Positions 63,638-64,000 of a stretch of 64,000 bases of DNA are shown here, in pieces. Under the pieces are notes generated by a model. It did no database searches. It worked only from the letters and a program-made list of their open reading frames with translations, and was not told the DNA's origin. Numbering within the stretch: the first letter of the stretch is position 1; the number at the start of each line of letters is the position of its first letter. The position numbers and the translations under genes are program-made. The DNA is from Octopus bimaculoides (Eukaryota), in NCBI RefSeq assembly GCF_001194135.2, contig NC_068983.1:155254437-155318436 (forward strand). Direction: 5' to 3'.

Positions 63638-64000
63638 TATAGAGATATGTATGAATATGTGTGTGTTGTTGTTGTTCATATCGTATGGATATAGAAACTT
63701 CGAGAACATAAATTTCGGAACGGTGAATTTCGAAGCAGATAAAGCTATGAATAATGACCTTTGGATTGAAGAAGGCGAAAGCTACTCCTGCCACTCGAAC
63801 CTACATCTGTAGACACGATATGCGTTCTACGACTAGACCAAAGCAATCCGTTGAATTCCTTTAGAGGTTTTAGAAACTTTATTATTACCACCGACTGTTG
63901 TAAACATGCGTCTGTATGCACACATACATACATGTATGCATGCATACATACGTATATACATACGTATATACTTACAAGTACAAACAATCATACGTATATA

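Overview
AT-rich, microsatellite-dense animal genomic DNA with many N gaps. The repeat landscape looks like an octopod cephalopod, probably an Octopus scaffold assembly (inference). Only one protein-coding segment is well supported: a + strand terminal exon at 21567-21928 encoding a single transmembrane helix and a cytoplasmic tail ending VKGKTYL. It most resembles the 3' end of a class-1 semaphorin (Sema1a-like), and its ectodomain exons were not found in this window. The rest is mostly transposon-derived. There are at least six SINE-like families that share swapped modules, R4/Dong-type, RTE and Penelope-like retroelement remnants, a decayed full-length mariner, and mariner, piggyBac and hAT MITEs. 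The most interesting signals are: (1) (ATT)n-tailed Nin/Deu-type SINEs stacked head-to-tail, with Dong-like LINE ends inserted antisense into (ATT)n tracts, including one SINE tail; (2) two long fold-back elements bracketing the terminal exon, plus solo motifs, carrying Penelope-type minimal hammerhead-ribozyme-like cores; (3) a shift from CpG-depleted to CpG-retaining DNA at about 27-30 kb; (4) an unexplained GC/CpG-rich island at 31.6-32.6 kb with a 230-codon open frame and strong splice signals on both strands. No CRISPR array, rRNA or genuine tRNA gene was seen. Most ORFs in the supplied track are gap or microsatellite artefacts. All assignments were made by eye, without database searches. 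Family letters A-I are my own labels.
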